Assembly: GCA_002256025.1 (NCBI GenBank) | Contig: NKIB01013264.1 | Location: forward strand, 1-61,133 | DNA from: Asterionella formosa | Taxonomy: Eukaryota | Direction: 5' to 3' | DNA: 61,133 nt | Part shown: positions 1 to 13,284 of the stretch, piece by piece | Layout: every line of letters begins with the position of its first letter | How positions within the stretch are numbered: position 1 is the first letter of the stretch | Program-made: the position numbers and the translations under genes | The notes under the pieces: generated by a model | What the model was told of the DNA's origin: nothing | The model's database searches: none | What the model saw: only the letters and a program-made list of their open reading frames with translations

Positions 1-1639
1 CTGTTAGTGCCCTGCTGTAATGGTAGGTCCAACAAGTTGTGACTTGAGGCCGTTCCAGCAGTACTTTTTACTAGGTTAGTATGTATCTACGTAGATGGTA
101 CAACCACGTTGTACCAGTACCCATCAATACTGTGGATATCTGATTCATCAGTTGCAGTAAGCAGTAAGTCACCAATTACCCGGAGAACCCGAGCAATCTC
201 GTTCCCGTATTAATCAGCAGCATTGAAATGATAACGTCGTCACAATAAGCAAAATTACTACTTAAAGCAAACGCACTTTAAGCAAAACGATCCTATACAT
301 TACTTAGAGCATCGCCACCGCATTGACCAAATACCAAGCCAATTGAAGTTGCGGGTCATCACACGTCATGATGTGTTGTGTTGGTCGAAAAAGCAAAAAT
401 ATTTTAGCCACCGCATTGACCAATACCAAATATTCTTTGGTCTTGATCGAGGATGACCCCCTTATCGACCAAATATCTGGTATTTGGTCGATTAGACTCC
501 GATTGTAGCCAAATAAAAGGAGCATTTCTATTGGTTTAGATTGTGGCTCGCGCCGGCAACATAACGTCAACTGTTTCATTGATCCACAAACGCTTACAAT
601 ACACATTTACCTTACTCTCTTGATGTAGACAAATGATAAACTTAAGTACAAAAACCTTTGAATAATACCGGCAGCTATCTATAAAATATTGTCCTTCGAG
701 TCTTTGACGATCCCAATAAGATATCGTCATCCATTGTTGTCAAAGCAGGATGCTACATGAGAAGGAGCCGCAGGACCCGCAGAAGGAGCAGGAGCAGGAG
801 CAGGAGCAGCAGCCAACGAGGATGATTCATCGTCGGTTTCAGACAGAACCAAAGTTGGATTATTTTGGCGCTGTCAAGAGCAACAATCGATAGCGATATG
901 CGAGTTTTGTCAAGGCAGCATTGTTCCTCGTGTACCGTGATGGGTCATTGTTGGCAGACTGCTGCATGTCCCTGGCTAGTATCGATATCTTCTTCCCTTG
1001 CATGCCAGCCATGGGTATATTGTGTAACAGTTTACTGTGTCGATGGTTGATTAATCAGCCGAAGAATTTCAAAAATGTATCCAAGAGTTGTGCCATTTAA
1101 CGAAGGGTTTCACGCCAATAAAGGCAATGTCGTTTAATGGAAAAAATGACGGAGGGATTAGGTGTGATCCAATTGCATCTCAATAATTCAAGTGCTTCCA
1201 GTACTCCACTGTCCCACCTGTCATCCACCACTGATGATTTTGATGTAGCAGATGATTCCAAATGAAGGAAAAATAATATAGATTACATGTCAACGCTAGT
1301 ATGATTGATTAGAAAGCTAGGCTATCACTCTAGCTAATTGGAAAAACAGAAGGTTTTTCTATTCTAGAATATCAATATACAAATGCATAGTCATATTAGT
1401 TTTTGATGGGCAGTTTAGATAGGCATAGTACTAGCTGCGTAAGAATAAGGAATTTGCAGGAAACGTGGTGCTACAATTATTCAAAAAACTACAGGTACAG
1501 ACTACCGGTAGCTAAGCGACTTCCTTTGATCCTCCGCCTCCTCCTTCGGTTGCCTTTTCTCGTTTTCTTCCTGTATAGGCAAGTTTAACTGGTATGGGGT
1601 TCGGAGTCAGCTATAAGTCTGTCCAACAGATGTAGCATA

Positions 1640-2480
1640 AGCAGTGTAGTTCGTGAACCTTTCCATATAGCTGTCGGATTATCCAAGAAGCACGTAAATA
1701 GATCATCTATAACATTCAATAAACGGTGCTAGGTCAGCGTCAATCGCCACCGTTGTGGGTTCTGCTGGTTCACAAGTTGACCTACTAGTGTTGAGGTACC
1801 TTGGCTTGATGACGTATTTTTGTTGATGTGGGGATTCCAGTGTGGGTGTGGACTCTGAGTTCCATAGGTCGCAACGTAATAACAAATTTCATGTGTTGCA
1901 TGCTAGTTCAGAGACATCGCTCCACATGCTCGGGTTTGGTGCTCCCCCGAAGTCATTCTTCGTAAAGCGAGAAGCGCGATATCACTATGGCCTGTGACGC
2001 TGTGAGACCCGATGTATGAAAGCGGCGATACGCTGCTTTAAAATCTAATTTAGTCATTAGAATTCGAGTGTCTGGATAGATTCTTCGTAAATCCACTATG
2101 TAGTGAATGAATCGTCGCAGTGTGGTGCTGTATCTACACGGTGTCAGCGTGTCAAATATGACGCGTGCGTCGACAGAAGTCCCTGGGGAGAGCTCGAATG
2201 ATTGGTTGTGGTTCAGCCGGTCTTTGGGTATTATTTCCTCATGTGCGCCGTTGATCGTGGCTTGCGTCACTAGACCTATCGCTACAACAGCATGTGGTGG
2301 TAGGCGCATATTTTCTGGCGGGAGTGGGAGTTGCCAGCCTCTGTCGACTTCTTTGATTAGAAGTTTCGTGACTATTTCACGTTTTAGTTTCGCTGATGTG
2401 TGGTTGCCTCGCACGACCACGGCGAGCTCCAAGTCGCGTCTGCAAATAAAAGCTATCATATTTCCATGATGCATAATAGG
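1640..2480 (-). mobile_element. Degenerate reverse transcriptase relic, DIRS/tyrosine-recombinase retrotransposon-like
   Basis: ORF 1953-2474 has KEVDRGWQLPLP...KDRLNHNQSF...RILMTKLDFKAAYRRFH. Downstream frames read FGGAPNPSMWSDVSELACN (~1895-1952) and CFLDN (~1677-1691; degenerate YxDD). Frameshifted; no termini found. Confidence 0.6.
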
Positions 2481-3133
2481 ATTGTGATCATCTGATCATA
2501 ATTTTTCGTTATATCATCTAATAATTTTGATAAATGCCCTTGTAATTTAAATAGTAACCCTTTTGACTACATATATTTAATTATATATATTGTTTCTATT
2601 AGATTCCTGTATTCGAATCTCTTGGTAGGATAATGTACCAGCTAAAGTAATGTAATTTAGCTCTTCATTTCCATCCGTCATCACTCTGATTTTTGCAACA
2701 ACAAGGAAATACTAGCGATGACAAGTGGAATGATTGTTTGCGATAAAGACGTCTTCAATTGTTGGTCATGTGATCATTATATCTTTGATTAATCGTCATG
2801 TGCAGTGAACCTTTGTTCATAATCATTCAATTAAGAGTTTACAGAGAAGAAATCATTCGAACTCCTAATGGTTCTGCACACAGCGCACATTGTGAATCCG
2901 TTTCGTCAACCACCAGCCAGCATTACAATCTCGCCAATCAACTCATAAACAAACACATTCTACTTGTTCTCGTTGACATTTTAAATTCTCACATGATACT
3001 ACATCTAATATTGAGATTCAGCATAGAAAGAGATACGAAAATGTGCGTAACAAACTACTGTCCACATAGCTATAGTAGTTATAGAATGATTCTGATTACA
3101 ATTTCTTTTTCATGTCGCTCGTTTCTGCATCTG

Positions 3134-3600
3134 GCATGCTGTACTGTATTTACTATTGAACTTGTCCGCATCTTTGATACCATCATGAGAGCGAAAGCAA
3201 GTGGCTCTCTTCATTGTTCTTTGCTCGTAGGAAATATTTGATATCCGTATCGTCATTTGCTTGTTGGAACTGTCCGTTGCCTCAAACCTGCTTGGCGTGT
3301 GCGTACACACACTGCCGACTTGTTTTCATTGGTATGCTGTTCTTTTATTACCTGTTGAACTTGTCCGCATCTTTGTTACCATCATTAGAGCGACAAGTGG
3401 GTCTCTTCATTGTTGTTTGCTTCTGGAAACGTCGGTGTCCGTGTCGTCCTCATCAATAGAGGGACAAGTGTTCTTCATCATTGCGGTTTGCCGCTGGAAA
3501 AAATGGTACCTGCGGTATTGTCATTCGCTCGTTGGAACCACTGTCCGTTGCCTCAAACCTGATTAGCGTGTGTGTATGTGCACTGTCGACTTGTGTACAT
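3134..3600. repeat. Imperfect tandem duplication (~200-270 bp)
   Basis: TTGAACTTGTCCGCATCTTTG occurs at ~3155 and ~3355; CTGTCCGTTGCCTCAAACCTG occurs at ~3270 and ~3541. Confidence 0.7.
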
Positions 3601-4276
3601 TATAGGAGTGACTTACGGTAGCTGCTAAAGTGCGTGTTACAATATCATACTCCGTAGTACGATGCAGAATACTACAGTTCCCAATCATCTCATCATGATT
3701 GATAAGATGATAATGTGATATCATGATAGGTTTACATCGATGCATACATCACCAAAGTATGATACATAATATTGAATAAAGTATATCACATAGCTATGAT
3801 GCATTGATCATAGAACTGTGATGATTTCTTAAAATGTTTATGATATAATTTTGATCAAAATATGATCATGTTAAAATAATACAATGACAATAAAATACGA
3901 TAAATATGTACGCTAGTGTTATCGATACATCACAGAATATAAATAAATAAATCATAGTTATGTTACTAAATATATAAATTCGACTTTTAATGTATACAGT
4001 AAAAGCCAACAGTTAATATGATAGTATTATATGGTGGATAGGATCTAAGGATACGGATGCCTTGATATGTACATCACTATAATATGATTTGTGATATGGA
4101 TTGATGCATATCACATACCGGTATCTTCAACAAATAGCCATCACGTTCATTGTCATGTCGTTTTTCCTTGTTATAGCTGTATTTATGCCTGCATGTGTAT
4201 TGTGTAAACACTACGCTGGCGGAACATGCATATTACACTGCTGTGCTCTGTTCAACAATTACTACACTCGGTTACC

Positions 4277-4615
4277 TGTTGGGAAAATGCGAGCTGACTG
4301 CCACAGGACAGGAGGAGTGAAGGGTATAGTAGAAACGAGAGAGAACAGTACGGTAAAGCCGTTACCAAGCTGTACCTGGGCTGACGTGGTAAAAGGCACG
4401 ACGCAAGCAAAAGCAATCAGAGGCCAGGAAATGTTAAAATGCAATGTGAGTAATAAGAGTGTTTCAAGACCATTATCTCGAAACAATCTAGTTAGTAAAG
4501 TGAAAGGTTAAGTTGACGACTTCTTCGTTACTATCAATTTCATCAACTGTATTCGATTGACACAGTACAAGGTTCAAGGCCTACGATACAGTCGATTACG
4601 GTAGTTGAAACAACA
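4277..4615 (+). repeat. Putative 5' LTR of copia element 1 (339 bp)
   Basis: Starts TGTTG and ends CAACA, directly upstream of the leader and gag ORF. Same terminal motifs as the paired LTRs of copia element 2. No partner LTR in the window. Confidence 0.65.
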
Positions 4616-6547
4616 TTGTTTCGAGATAAAAATAAAAAAAAATAAAAACATTAAAACAAAAGGAACCAGCCGTTTTGAGACTCACATAGAAGGCTGGAGT
4701 TTCGACATCTCAATCGCGGAATTGTACATTTTATAGATTTGAATAGCGCAGCTTAAGGCCGCAGCCACCAATCAAGGAACCAACAGCGACAATTTGAAGA
4801 GATTTGACCAACAAACCCCATGAGCGCCACCCCAGACGCAATGAGCAGCGGCAGCTTAGCGAGTGGACGCGGCAGCACTGGTGGGCGAGGGCGAAGGGAC
4901 AACCGTCTGCGCGAGAGCCATGGCGGGCGGGCAAGGACACAAGCAACAAGCAACAACCGTGGCATTTTCAAGGGCAGCACAGAGGGCATGAACGGAAACG
5001 TATTTGAATGCTATGAAGAACAAAGTGACAGACGCCAGTACGCCAAAACGTTAGAAGTTCTAGATGGATATGTGAGGAAAACACTGAAGTACTCTGAAGA
5101 CCTTGCCCCCCCCCCTTTGTTTGCCGACACCATGGCGGTTCCCACGGTAGACATGCCAGATGACCTAGATGATGATGTAGGACTGACCATGAAAATGATT
5201 TTCGCAGAAGAAGTAAAAGCGTAGCTATGTCAAGCGCAATCGTACCCTGAAGAGCAACCTAGCGACAGTGTATGCGGTGATTTGGGGCCAGTGTAGTGAT
5301 GACATAAAGGCAAAGGTCAAAACGCATGATGGCTACAAGGACAAGACTGCCAACAACTTTTTTTTTGGCTTCAAAAACAGATCAAGTCGATTACTTGTTT
5401 ACAGTTCGATCAGAGCAGGAACGGTTTCATTGCACTTTTGGACGCTCAGACCAGCTTCCTCACTTGTTGTCAGTTACAAGGACAGTCCACAGAAGAAGTG
5501 TTTGAAAGGATGAGCTGAGACCATCGAGTACCATGGCGGCACCATGGCGGCACCATGGCAGCAAATTATAAACTGGTACCCTTCCAGGATCAGGACGGGA
5601 ATGGGCGTAGCATTGAAGAGCGAAAGGAGATTGCGTGTGAACGCACCCTCGCAATCGCTTTGATTCGAAGTGCTGACCGCACCAGGTATGGCACCCTCAT
5701 CGCTGACCTATCAAACCAGTATGCAATGGGAAATGACCAGTACCCCACCGATTTGCTGTCAGGCCAAAGCCTGCTCGTCAACTACAGAACTCCAACGAAC
5801 ACCAATGTCAGGACAGATACACCACGCACCCAGCCGACTGGAAGCCCTGAGGCCAGTGCAATGACCTTTGCGCAATGCGGCGAAATCGCAGGCAACAATG
5901 GAGTGGTACACGATGGCATCATCTGTTACAACTGCCAAAGCCTAGGACACTATGCGGGAGACTGCCCTGACAGGCAGGGATCGACAACCTCAGGCACTAC
6001 ATTGACGCAGTATGCATACATGCTTGCACAGGCCGGTGACCCTGGGATTGATCCTAAGTGGATCCTTCTCGACTCGCAGTCGACAATCGCCGTGTTCAAG
6101 AACGCCGACATGCTCAGCAACATCCGGCGTAGCTTTCATGTACTCAGGGCACTCACAAACGGGGGTTACCAGGAGTCCAACATTGGTAGGAGATTTTCCC
6201 AACTTGGTAAGGTTTGGTACAATCGTGAATCAATTGCCAACATCCTCTCCCTTGCTGAGGTGCGCAAGGTATGCCGCGTCACCATGGACTCTGCGGACAA
6301 GCCAGCGATGCTTGTCCATAGACTCGATGGAACTGTGATGAAATTTTTTGAGCACCCCCCAGGACTATATGTCTTTAGTTGTAATAACGATACTAACGAC
6401 AGTGTTACAGGCTATACCATGCTATCCACAGTAGCAGAACAGAAGAAACTATTCTCACGACGTGAAATTCAATCAGCCAATGCAGCCAGAGATTTGTATA
6501 GAAAGATCGGGCGGCCTGCCAAGACAGAATTCCAATCCATCCTACGT
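4277..6547 (+). mobile_element. Ty1/copia (CoDi-like) LTR retrotransposon, 5' part only, frameshifted
   Basis: Gag-like ORF from 4820 (FKGSTEGMNGNVFECYEEQSDRRQY); CCHC knuckle CYNCQSLGHYAGDC; protease motif WILLDSQST; pre-integrase region ARDLYRKIGRP..EFQSILR, then abrupt loss of homology at ~6547. Confidence 0.9.
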
Positions 6548-6899
6548 GCCTGTGAATTAAGACGTTCAAGAAGGTGCATTGGTTGAATATTGATGGATTA
6601 GGGGAATCAGTATTGGGAAACCAACATTCCCGAATGGTGTGGTAAAGCTAAATGGTGTTTTACTTTGCATGACTGGATTGGTTTTTGCAAACATATATAC
6701 CCAAAGGAATTCCTCAAACCTTCATATCCTGACTTTTTAACTTTAAAAAATTGTAGTAAGCAAGCTAGCTAGCTTTATACCTTATGCACAGTGCCATTAC
6801 AATGTCTTTCCATAACATGGCAATATGAATGATTGATATGGCTGGTTTGATGATTACTAGTGAGTTTACAATTATAGTTTCTATGTCAATTTCAATTGA

Positions 6900-8300
6900 C
6901 TTGTCGATTCTTGCATGTTCAAATATATTTGCATTCTCATTGAGGGAAGCATGATGTTTTTCAAAACTGTCCAAGTTGGCTGACCAAGGATCCTGCCCAC
7001 ATGTTGCAAATGCAGCTGCAATCCATCTCCTGGGCTTATTTTCCTAGGTTTATTTCATCAAAGGCAGTCTCAATCATCATTCCAACCAGATCTTCCCTTG
7101 TTACTCTGAGAGCACAACCAACCAGCTCTCTGGCAGTTTTATCAGCTATGGCTTTTTGCCTGAAATCATAAAACTGCTTCTTGATTGCAGCCTTGAGAGG
7201 TATATTCAAAGCAATATCACACACCTGATGAATTGATGTCATGCCTTCTAAGATTTAAACAAGGAAGACTTTACCTGGTACAGGTGATGAATGATTTGTC
7301 TGAGCCAATCTGTAATAATATTTCCAAAATGAGTTTTGGATCGATCTACAATAAGCAAAGACCTTTGACATGGAAACATTTTCAATAGCCAGTCAAGATA
7401 TATAATAAAAGCATATTGAGTCATCCAATGTGATTTGTTGAAAATAACTATTGACTTTGTGTAGTTGCTCCAAGAGGTCATCAGATCTGCTCCAAATGAT
7501 CCAGTATCAATGATGAATGGGGGGAGAAGTTGTGAAGAAAGAAGACTAGCTGTGACTGCCAGTGTGACTCCCTTTTTGTCATTTTCAACTGGAACCAAGG
7601 ACCCTACTCGTTTTGTTCCTTTTGGCACAAGGACCTTGTCCTTACCAGGGTAAAGAAAAGAATGAAAGTCTCATATATGTTGAAAACATATCCACTTGGA
7701 GCTCAATGGCAGTTTTGCAAATAAGTAGTGATTGTCTCCGCAATATCAGCCCATTTAACAGGAACCTTTTGTGTTATTGTATTTACACGCTCAGAAAACT
7801 GAGACCTTGAAATAACTCTTCTAGTCCATGTCCGAAGACTGCCAGGATCTTTTAATAACTTATGAAAATCTTCAGAGTAGTTCTGTCGACCAAACCGATG
7901 TCGCAGTGAAACAATTACTTCTTCAAATGAAGCAGCATCCCCATGCTCAAATCTGGACGAGATCATGTTGGTGACTCGAATCTGCTGGACAAGATATTTT
8001 ATTGGAGGTCCAAGGGTGGATCCCTTTGTAGTATGTGGAATGCGGCAATTAGCGGATCCAATATATAATGTATTGTTGTTTTTCTTTGCTCGTGATGCTG
8101 CCAATTGGGGAGAAATATTTGCATTTCGGAATACAAGTTGCTTCTGGCCTCCACTTCTTTCCAGTTGTTGCACTATTAACAAATACTTTTTCAAATGTTT
8201 TGATTTGATCAAATCTTGTCTCCTGGTTTTACTATGCATGACAAACAAATATTGCTTTCTCAATGGAACAATTTTCATTATACATTCTGGGGTTGCGGAC
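6900..8300 (-). mobile_element. Degenerate pogo/Tigger-like (DDE_1) transposase
   Basis: Consecutive minus-strand fragments: RVNTITQKVP; PKGTKRV...KKGVTLAVTAS...LLPPFII...SHWMT...LLIVDRSKTH; MTSIHQVCDIALNIPLKAAIK (pogo T-S-x-x-Q-P-x-D motif). Broken by frameshifts and stops. Confidence 0.8.
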
Positions 8301-8892
8301 TTGGCAATTGAAATCCATTTGTAAATGTTCTCCTTTCATAACCAGCTCCTCAGAGTTTCTGGTCTTACCATGGACCCAAAAACTTCATCAAACATCTTGA
8401 AACATCTTGAAAGAGAGGTTCCCTAAATCTTGATGTAGATAAAAAGAGATCATCAGTGACCGACAGACCCATGTCATTTCCTTTTCCCAGTAGGAGATAT
8501 AGTTGCAATGCCAAGAACAATAGAAACACTTGAAAACTGAAAACTCAATCTTATCAATAAGATCATCAAGAATTTTCTCAATAATTGCACTTTTGACACA
8601 TCTATTTGCATGATTATTCAATTCAATTTCATGATGCAAGTGGTCCAAACGGGCAGCATTGTGCAGCAGCAGCTTCAGTATTGACATTGAGCATGGTACG
8701 CCATGTAAGATAGTTGCCATGCTTTTCTCATGTTCCCCCCTCTTTATTGCAGGTAATGGCTGGGGAAGTTTGTGCTCTGGCTCTGGAGATAAAAATTTGC
8801 TTTGAAAGTTTGTATCTTATTTGAAATTCCCTTCCTTTTTGCAGATTGTGAAACAGGCTTGGTAAACCAATTGAGTAGTGATGGTTGTTTAA

Positions 8893-9235
8893 AGCAGGAG
8901 GAATGAGGCTGGGATGACTATTGGAGCAATGATGGGAATGCTAGGATGGCGGTGAAGTTGGTGATGATGAGAGAGTCGCCGGAAATAATGGGAAAGCAGC
9001 AAGAATGAAGCTGGGATGGGTATTGGAGCACTTATGGGAATGGAACAGGAATGATGGTGGTGAAGTGATGATGAGAGAGTCGCCGGAAATATGGGAAAGC
9101 TGCAAAAATGAAGCTGGGATGATGGGTATTGGAGCAATTATGGGAATGGAACAGGAAGGATGAAGGTCAAGTTGATGATGATGATGATGATGAGTGAGTC
9201 GCCGGAAATGATGGGAAAGCAGCAGAAATGATTAT
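8893..9235. repeat. Purine-rich tandem repeat, 3 units of ~100-120 bp
   Basis: GAGTCGCCGGAAAT...GGGAAAGC recurs at ~8973, ~9077 and ~9196. Confidence 0.8.
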
Positions 9236-11401
9236 TGAGTGGTTTAAGCAATGATCAGTAAAAAGCAATAAGGCTCCTTGAGTGTTGACTTGAGAGGCAG
9301 GGGCAGTGATGATGGGAAAGCAATGGGAATGTAACTGGCAGTGGAATGATGGATGATGTGTTGAAGATAGTGAAAAAGGACTGGCAAGATAGAGCAGTAT
9401 GTAGTGCCAGCATTGCTTGTGCAATTTGGAGAAAATGACTGAGCAAAATCAGCGAGCCTTGATATTACACTGGTATATACTCCTATGCTGTATTAGGTAT
9501 ACCGGTATGAACATGTACCCCGATCTAACAACAATACACCAGTACCTGTGTTTACAATTTTTTGTACAGGCTACATATACTGGAAAAGCAATACCAGAGT
9601 GCGCTATACCTAAACGTGACAGGTGCGGGGTATCTGGTATCTGGTATCTGGTACCTGGTACCTGGCACTGTAGTAGACGCTGCCGTATTCCTCCTCCTAC
9701 CTGGTACCAGTACCGCTACTAAAACGAAACAGATGCATGCCGCATGATAGCGGGTTGATGGTGAGACAGAAACATGTTACTGGTACTCCTGGTACCTATG
9801 CATGTATCGTGTTACGTCACGATGTAAACCTACACCACCATTACACATGTAAAAATGCTACCTACATGTGAAGATATTATGATTGGCTGAACCCCCAATG
9901 TGGAGCGACTTATGATGCGGAGGGTCCATGTGGAGTTATTATGTCCGTGGAGATATTAAGAGGTTTACGGTAAGATAAACGAAATAAAAAGATGCGTAGA
10001 TTGAACTGTAGATTTCGACGAAGCGAAGGCTATCTGGGAGAATATTGCCTAACGTAACAATTGAATCTGTCGATTTAAAATAATCGCAACATAAACAAAC
10101 TTTTTCGAATTTTCAAACAGTCTTTGGATCCTTTCTGGAAGTCAGAATCTGATTCTAGGAATGCAATCTGATGTTGAAATGACTTTGTGCACCTGATGAA
10201 ATGCCGACGACGTAAATCTTGCATATTGACCTGAGATAAAAAATATTTCATTCTGAACAAGTATATTTTGACGAAATTAGTAGGGAATATGAGAAAAATT
10301 TACTTCGGTTCTTACTAATATATTGTTGTAAGAACCTCAGGTATCATAATATTTAAGACAAAAGAGAAGCAAATTTGAAGAGTAAAAACAGTTTTAAAGG
10401 ATTCTGCTTACACCCATACCATAAATCTCAATGATATAAATCTTTCCAAAGTTTTTGATAATGCAATCAAGGCTGCCACAATTTATCTCATATGGAAAAG
10501 GTAGGATGGATTCAGATGCCATTGCAATAAAATTAGTTTTTGCTTCTCAGACTGTTTATCGTGAATTGGGGTTTCTTCAAAATTTAGCCAACTGAAATGT
10601 TAGAACTCGTTGTAATAGTATCTTGAGAACTTTGATTGTTATTGGGGCAAATGTGATTTAACAACCTTCACACTTGTCAAATTCTTTAACAATAGCGTTA
10701 ATATAAAATCTTAATCATATTTATATACTTATCTTAGTCAGCCAAGCAACGTCTTTTTGGATGAGTCAACGAAAATCTTTGGTACCTTTGGCAACATTTT
10801 GGCACTACTTTAACATTGATCACGAAGGTATTATGAAGGCAAACAAGGAAAATATGACGACACACTCCTCCTATGTATCTTTATTGGAGGATATTAGGGG
10901 GTAGGAATGAAAGTCAAGGGAAAAAGGTACAAGAAATTTGTCCATGAGTGTTTTGCTATGTACGATGAAGGGAACAGGAAGTGCACGAGGAGCAGAAAAA
11001 TTCGACATTGACGCCAGTTGGAGATTAATTAGATGAACAGCACAACAAGAAAGTAGATTTGAGTGATACATTATACAACCAAAAACTTTTTCAAGTGACT
11101 TTGAAACTGACTATTGGATCTCATGGATTGCAGCAATGGGTTTCGAATAGAAAATAAAATATAGACACTTATTTGTGTTTATTATTTTCATAAGAAGCCA
11201 GATCCTTTGTTCGCATATCGGCCAGTCTGTTGGAACGTGCGAAGCACATGAGTTGAATTACCACTGATCGTCAAGTAGATATCAGTAGTCCCAGTCAAGA
11301 TACTTGAAAGTCTGGGCAGCATCAACTTACATCAGCACTGTACTGGTTTAAAATCTTGTTATGGTACACTTATTAATTGTAGAGAGTACCATGAAGTTGT
11401 T

Positions 11402-11741
11402 GGGGAACAATGGCTCAGTTGGTGAGGGTTGGGCACATTGCCTTTTATTTGAAGTTGTGTGGTTCAATTCCCCCAATTATTTTGAGAAGCAATTGTTGGG
11501 TTCGACTCCCATACTCTCGACACAGTCCGCGTGGTTTTTCCGGGAGTGCAAGGAAAAGTAGGTTGCGCTGCCTTCCTTCCGGCAGTCGGAGTTTTCCCTT
11601 AAGCCTGCGGCTAAGATGAAAATCACTTTTCGCGAACGATGGTTGACACACCTACGCTAACAAAACTAGGGAAGCACACATGGTGTGAGTCTCGAAGACA
11701 TGCTATGAAAATTCCACGTGTATTTCCATGGTCATAGAAAG
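11402..11741 (+). mobile_element. tRNA-derived SINE-like element, copy 1
   Basis: A-box TGGCTCAGTTGG (11411-11422), B-box GGTTCAATTCC (11461-11471), second B-box GGTTCGACTCC (11499-11509). Body shared with copies at 17.4 kb and 48.9 kb. Confidence 0.7.
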
Positions 11742-11989
11742 TGTTTGTTGTTGATTCGAGCACCGAGTTCGAGAGACCCTATCCCCCCCCACCTTTTGGC
11801 GGAAATCTAAGTGTTCAGCATGATCACTGTCCCAGTAAGTAATATTCATAGAAAAAATGAGGCCTATATTCAAACAATTCTTGTTATTCCTATCAAAGAT
11901 TGAAGACTGGTCTAATATATCAATCACATGAACGACCTTTTAACTACGTAAAGATGCAGACTGTACTCCAGGGTATATGCAGAGCTGAG

Positions 11990-12113
11990 AGCATCTTCAT
12001 GAGGCGAGAGCATGCTGGAGCATTACTTAAAGAAATTCTCAAACTATCGAGACAAGGCATTCTTCATTAGGCGAGAGCATGCTGTCAGCATCACTTAAAG
12101 AAATTCTCAAACT
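11990..12113. repeat. Tandem duplication (~68 bp)
   Basis: AGGCGAGAGCATGCTG..AGCAT.ACTTAAAGAAATTCTCAAACT occurs twice. Confidence 0.8.
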
Positions 12114-12734
12114 TTATCCTGAGAAGGCTTATAGAAACAGGAGGGTTCGGCAACAAGTAGACCCGGTGATTGCTTCTTACCACTATTTATACTTTTCTTT
12201 CTTTTTTAGTATCTGAATATGTTTTGTAGCAGTAGCCACCCTCATTGGGAGCTCTATACTACGATTAGCTCTATAGTAAGCTACTGCAGCAAGTTGCAGT
12301 AATTTTGCAATTTCTAGCTCTTAGGCACATCAACTTGCGTGCCCATTATTCTAATTCTAATTCCAATTCCAAATTGATACACACCTCATTGATATTCATT
12401 TTAAAATACCTGGCTTGTTTTCCAAATTATAAATGGCTTTAATCTGATTTTGCCAAAATGTTGACTAATCCTGTTTACTTATTTTGGCATTTTGTTGTTC
12501 AAGTAAAACAGGGGAGGAATATAAAATTATTAGACCTATTAATTTAGAAGTGCTACCAATGAACGAAAAGTTTATAATTAATCAAACCAATAATTTAGAT
12601 AAATTATTACGTTAAATTTGGTTTAACTTGTCTTTCAATTCGATGAGTCGTTAGACACTGGACAACTTAGAAATTCAACGTGTAAGATCTATAAAAAGTG
12701 TGATAGTGAAAATTATAACATGTGCTAACTCCGG

Positions 12735-13090
12735 CGCAGTAATACTGTTGTTTATACTATATAAAGTTCACTAGCTCGTTTTGCTGGCTATCAGACTACA
12801 TAAATAAGCTAGGAGAAGTTTTTCCTTATCTGTTTATTGACAGTCTTTATTGCACATCTAGTTAGTTCACCCAAATTGAGTTTGTTGCTCAAAACCAACA
12901 ACTCCACTGTTCCTCTCTCAATATTTCAGATCCAGATATTTCATCTAGATTTATACCGGCATGAATAGTGGGTTGACTCTTAGCCGTTTGCCTTGATCAA
13001 TACATTTCATTACTCATCCTGGATTCGTTGCCTCATTATAGAATCAATCATCCCTTGAAAATCAAATAATTGCTTGAGAAGATACATCCA
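12735..13090 (+). repeat. Dispersed repeat; diverged direct copy at ~18150-18495
   Basis: Shared blocks TTCACTAGCT, CCAAATTGAGT, CCACTGTTCCTCTC, TTCATCTAGATTT and CTTGAGAAGAT in the same order. Confidence 0.7.
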
Positions 13091-13284
13091 TTGTGTTTTC
13101 TCAGTATGATACTCTTCCAAACACTCCCAACATTTTGTGTATGTACTTGTGCGCGCAGTATAGATCACGACAGGCTGGAATGCAAGTCGACTCCCATAAG
13201 CCAGCTCAATGCTAGTTGCATTGATCACTCTCCCTATTCTAGCAATCCAAAGTTCCATTGTTGATATATACCAGCAAGCATGTG

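Noticed and set aside
300..1050. Possible spliced gene fragment on the minus strand
   Set aside because: Short ORFs with an internal duplication and no recognisable domain; a gene model cannot be supported.
4101..4511. 136-aa ORF upstream of gag
   Set aside because: Straddles flank and LTR and has no recognisable motif.
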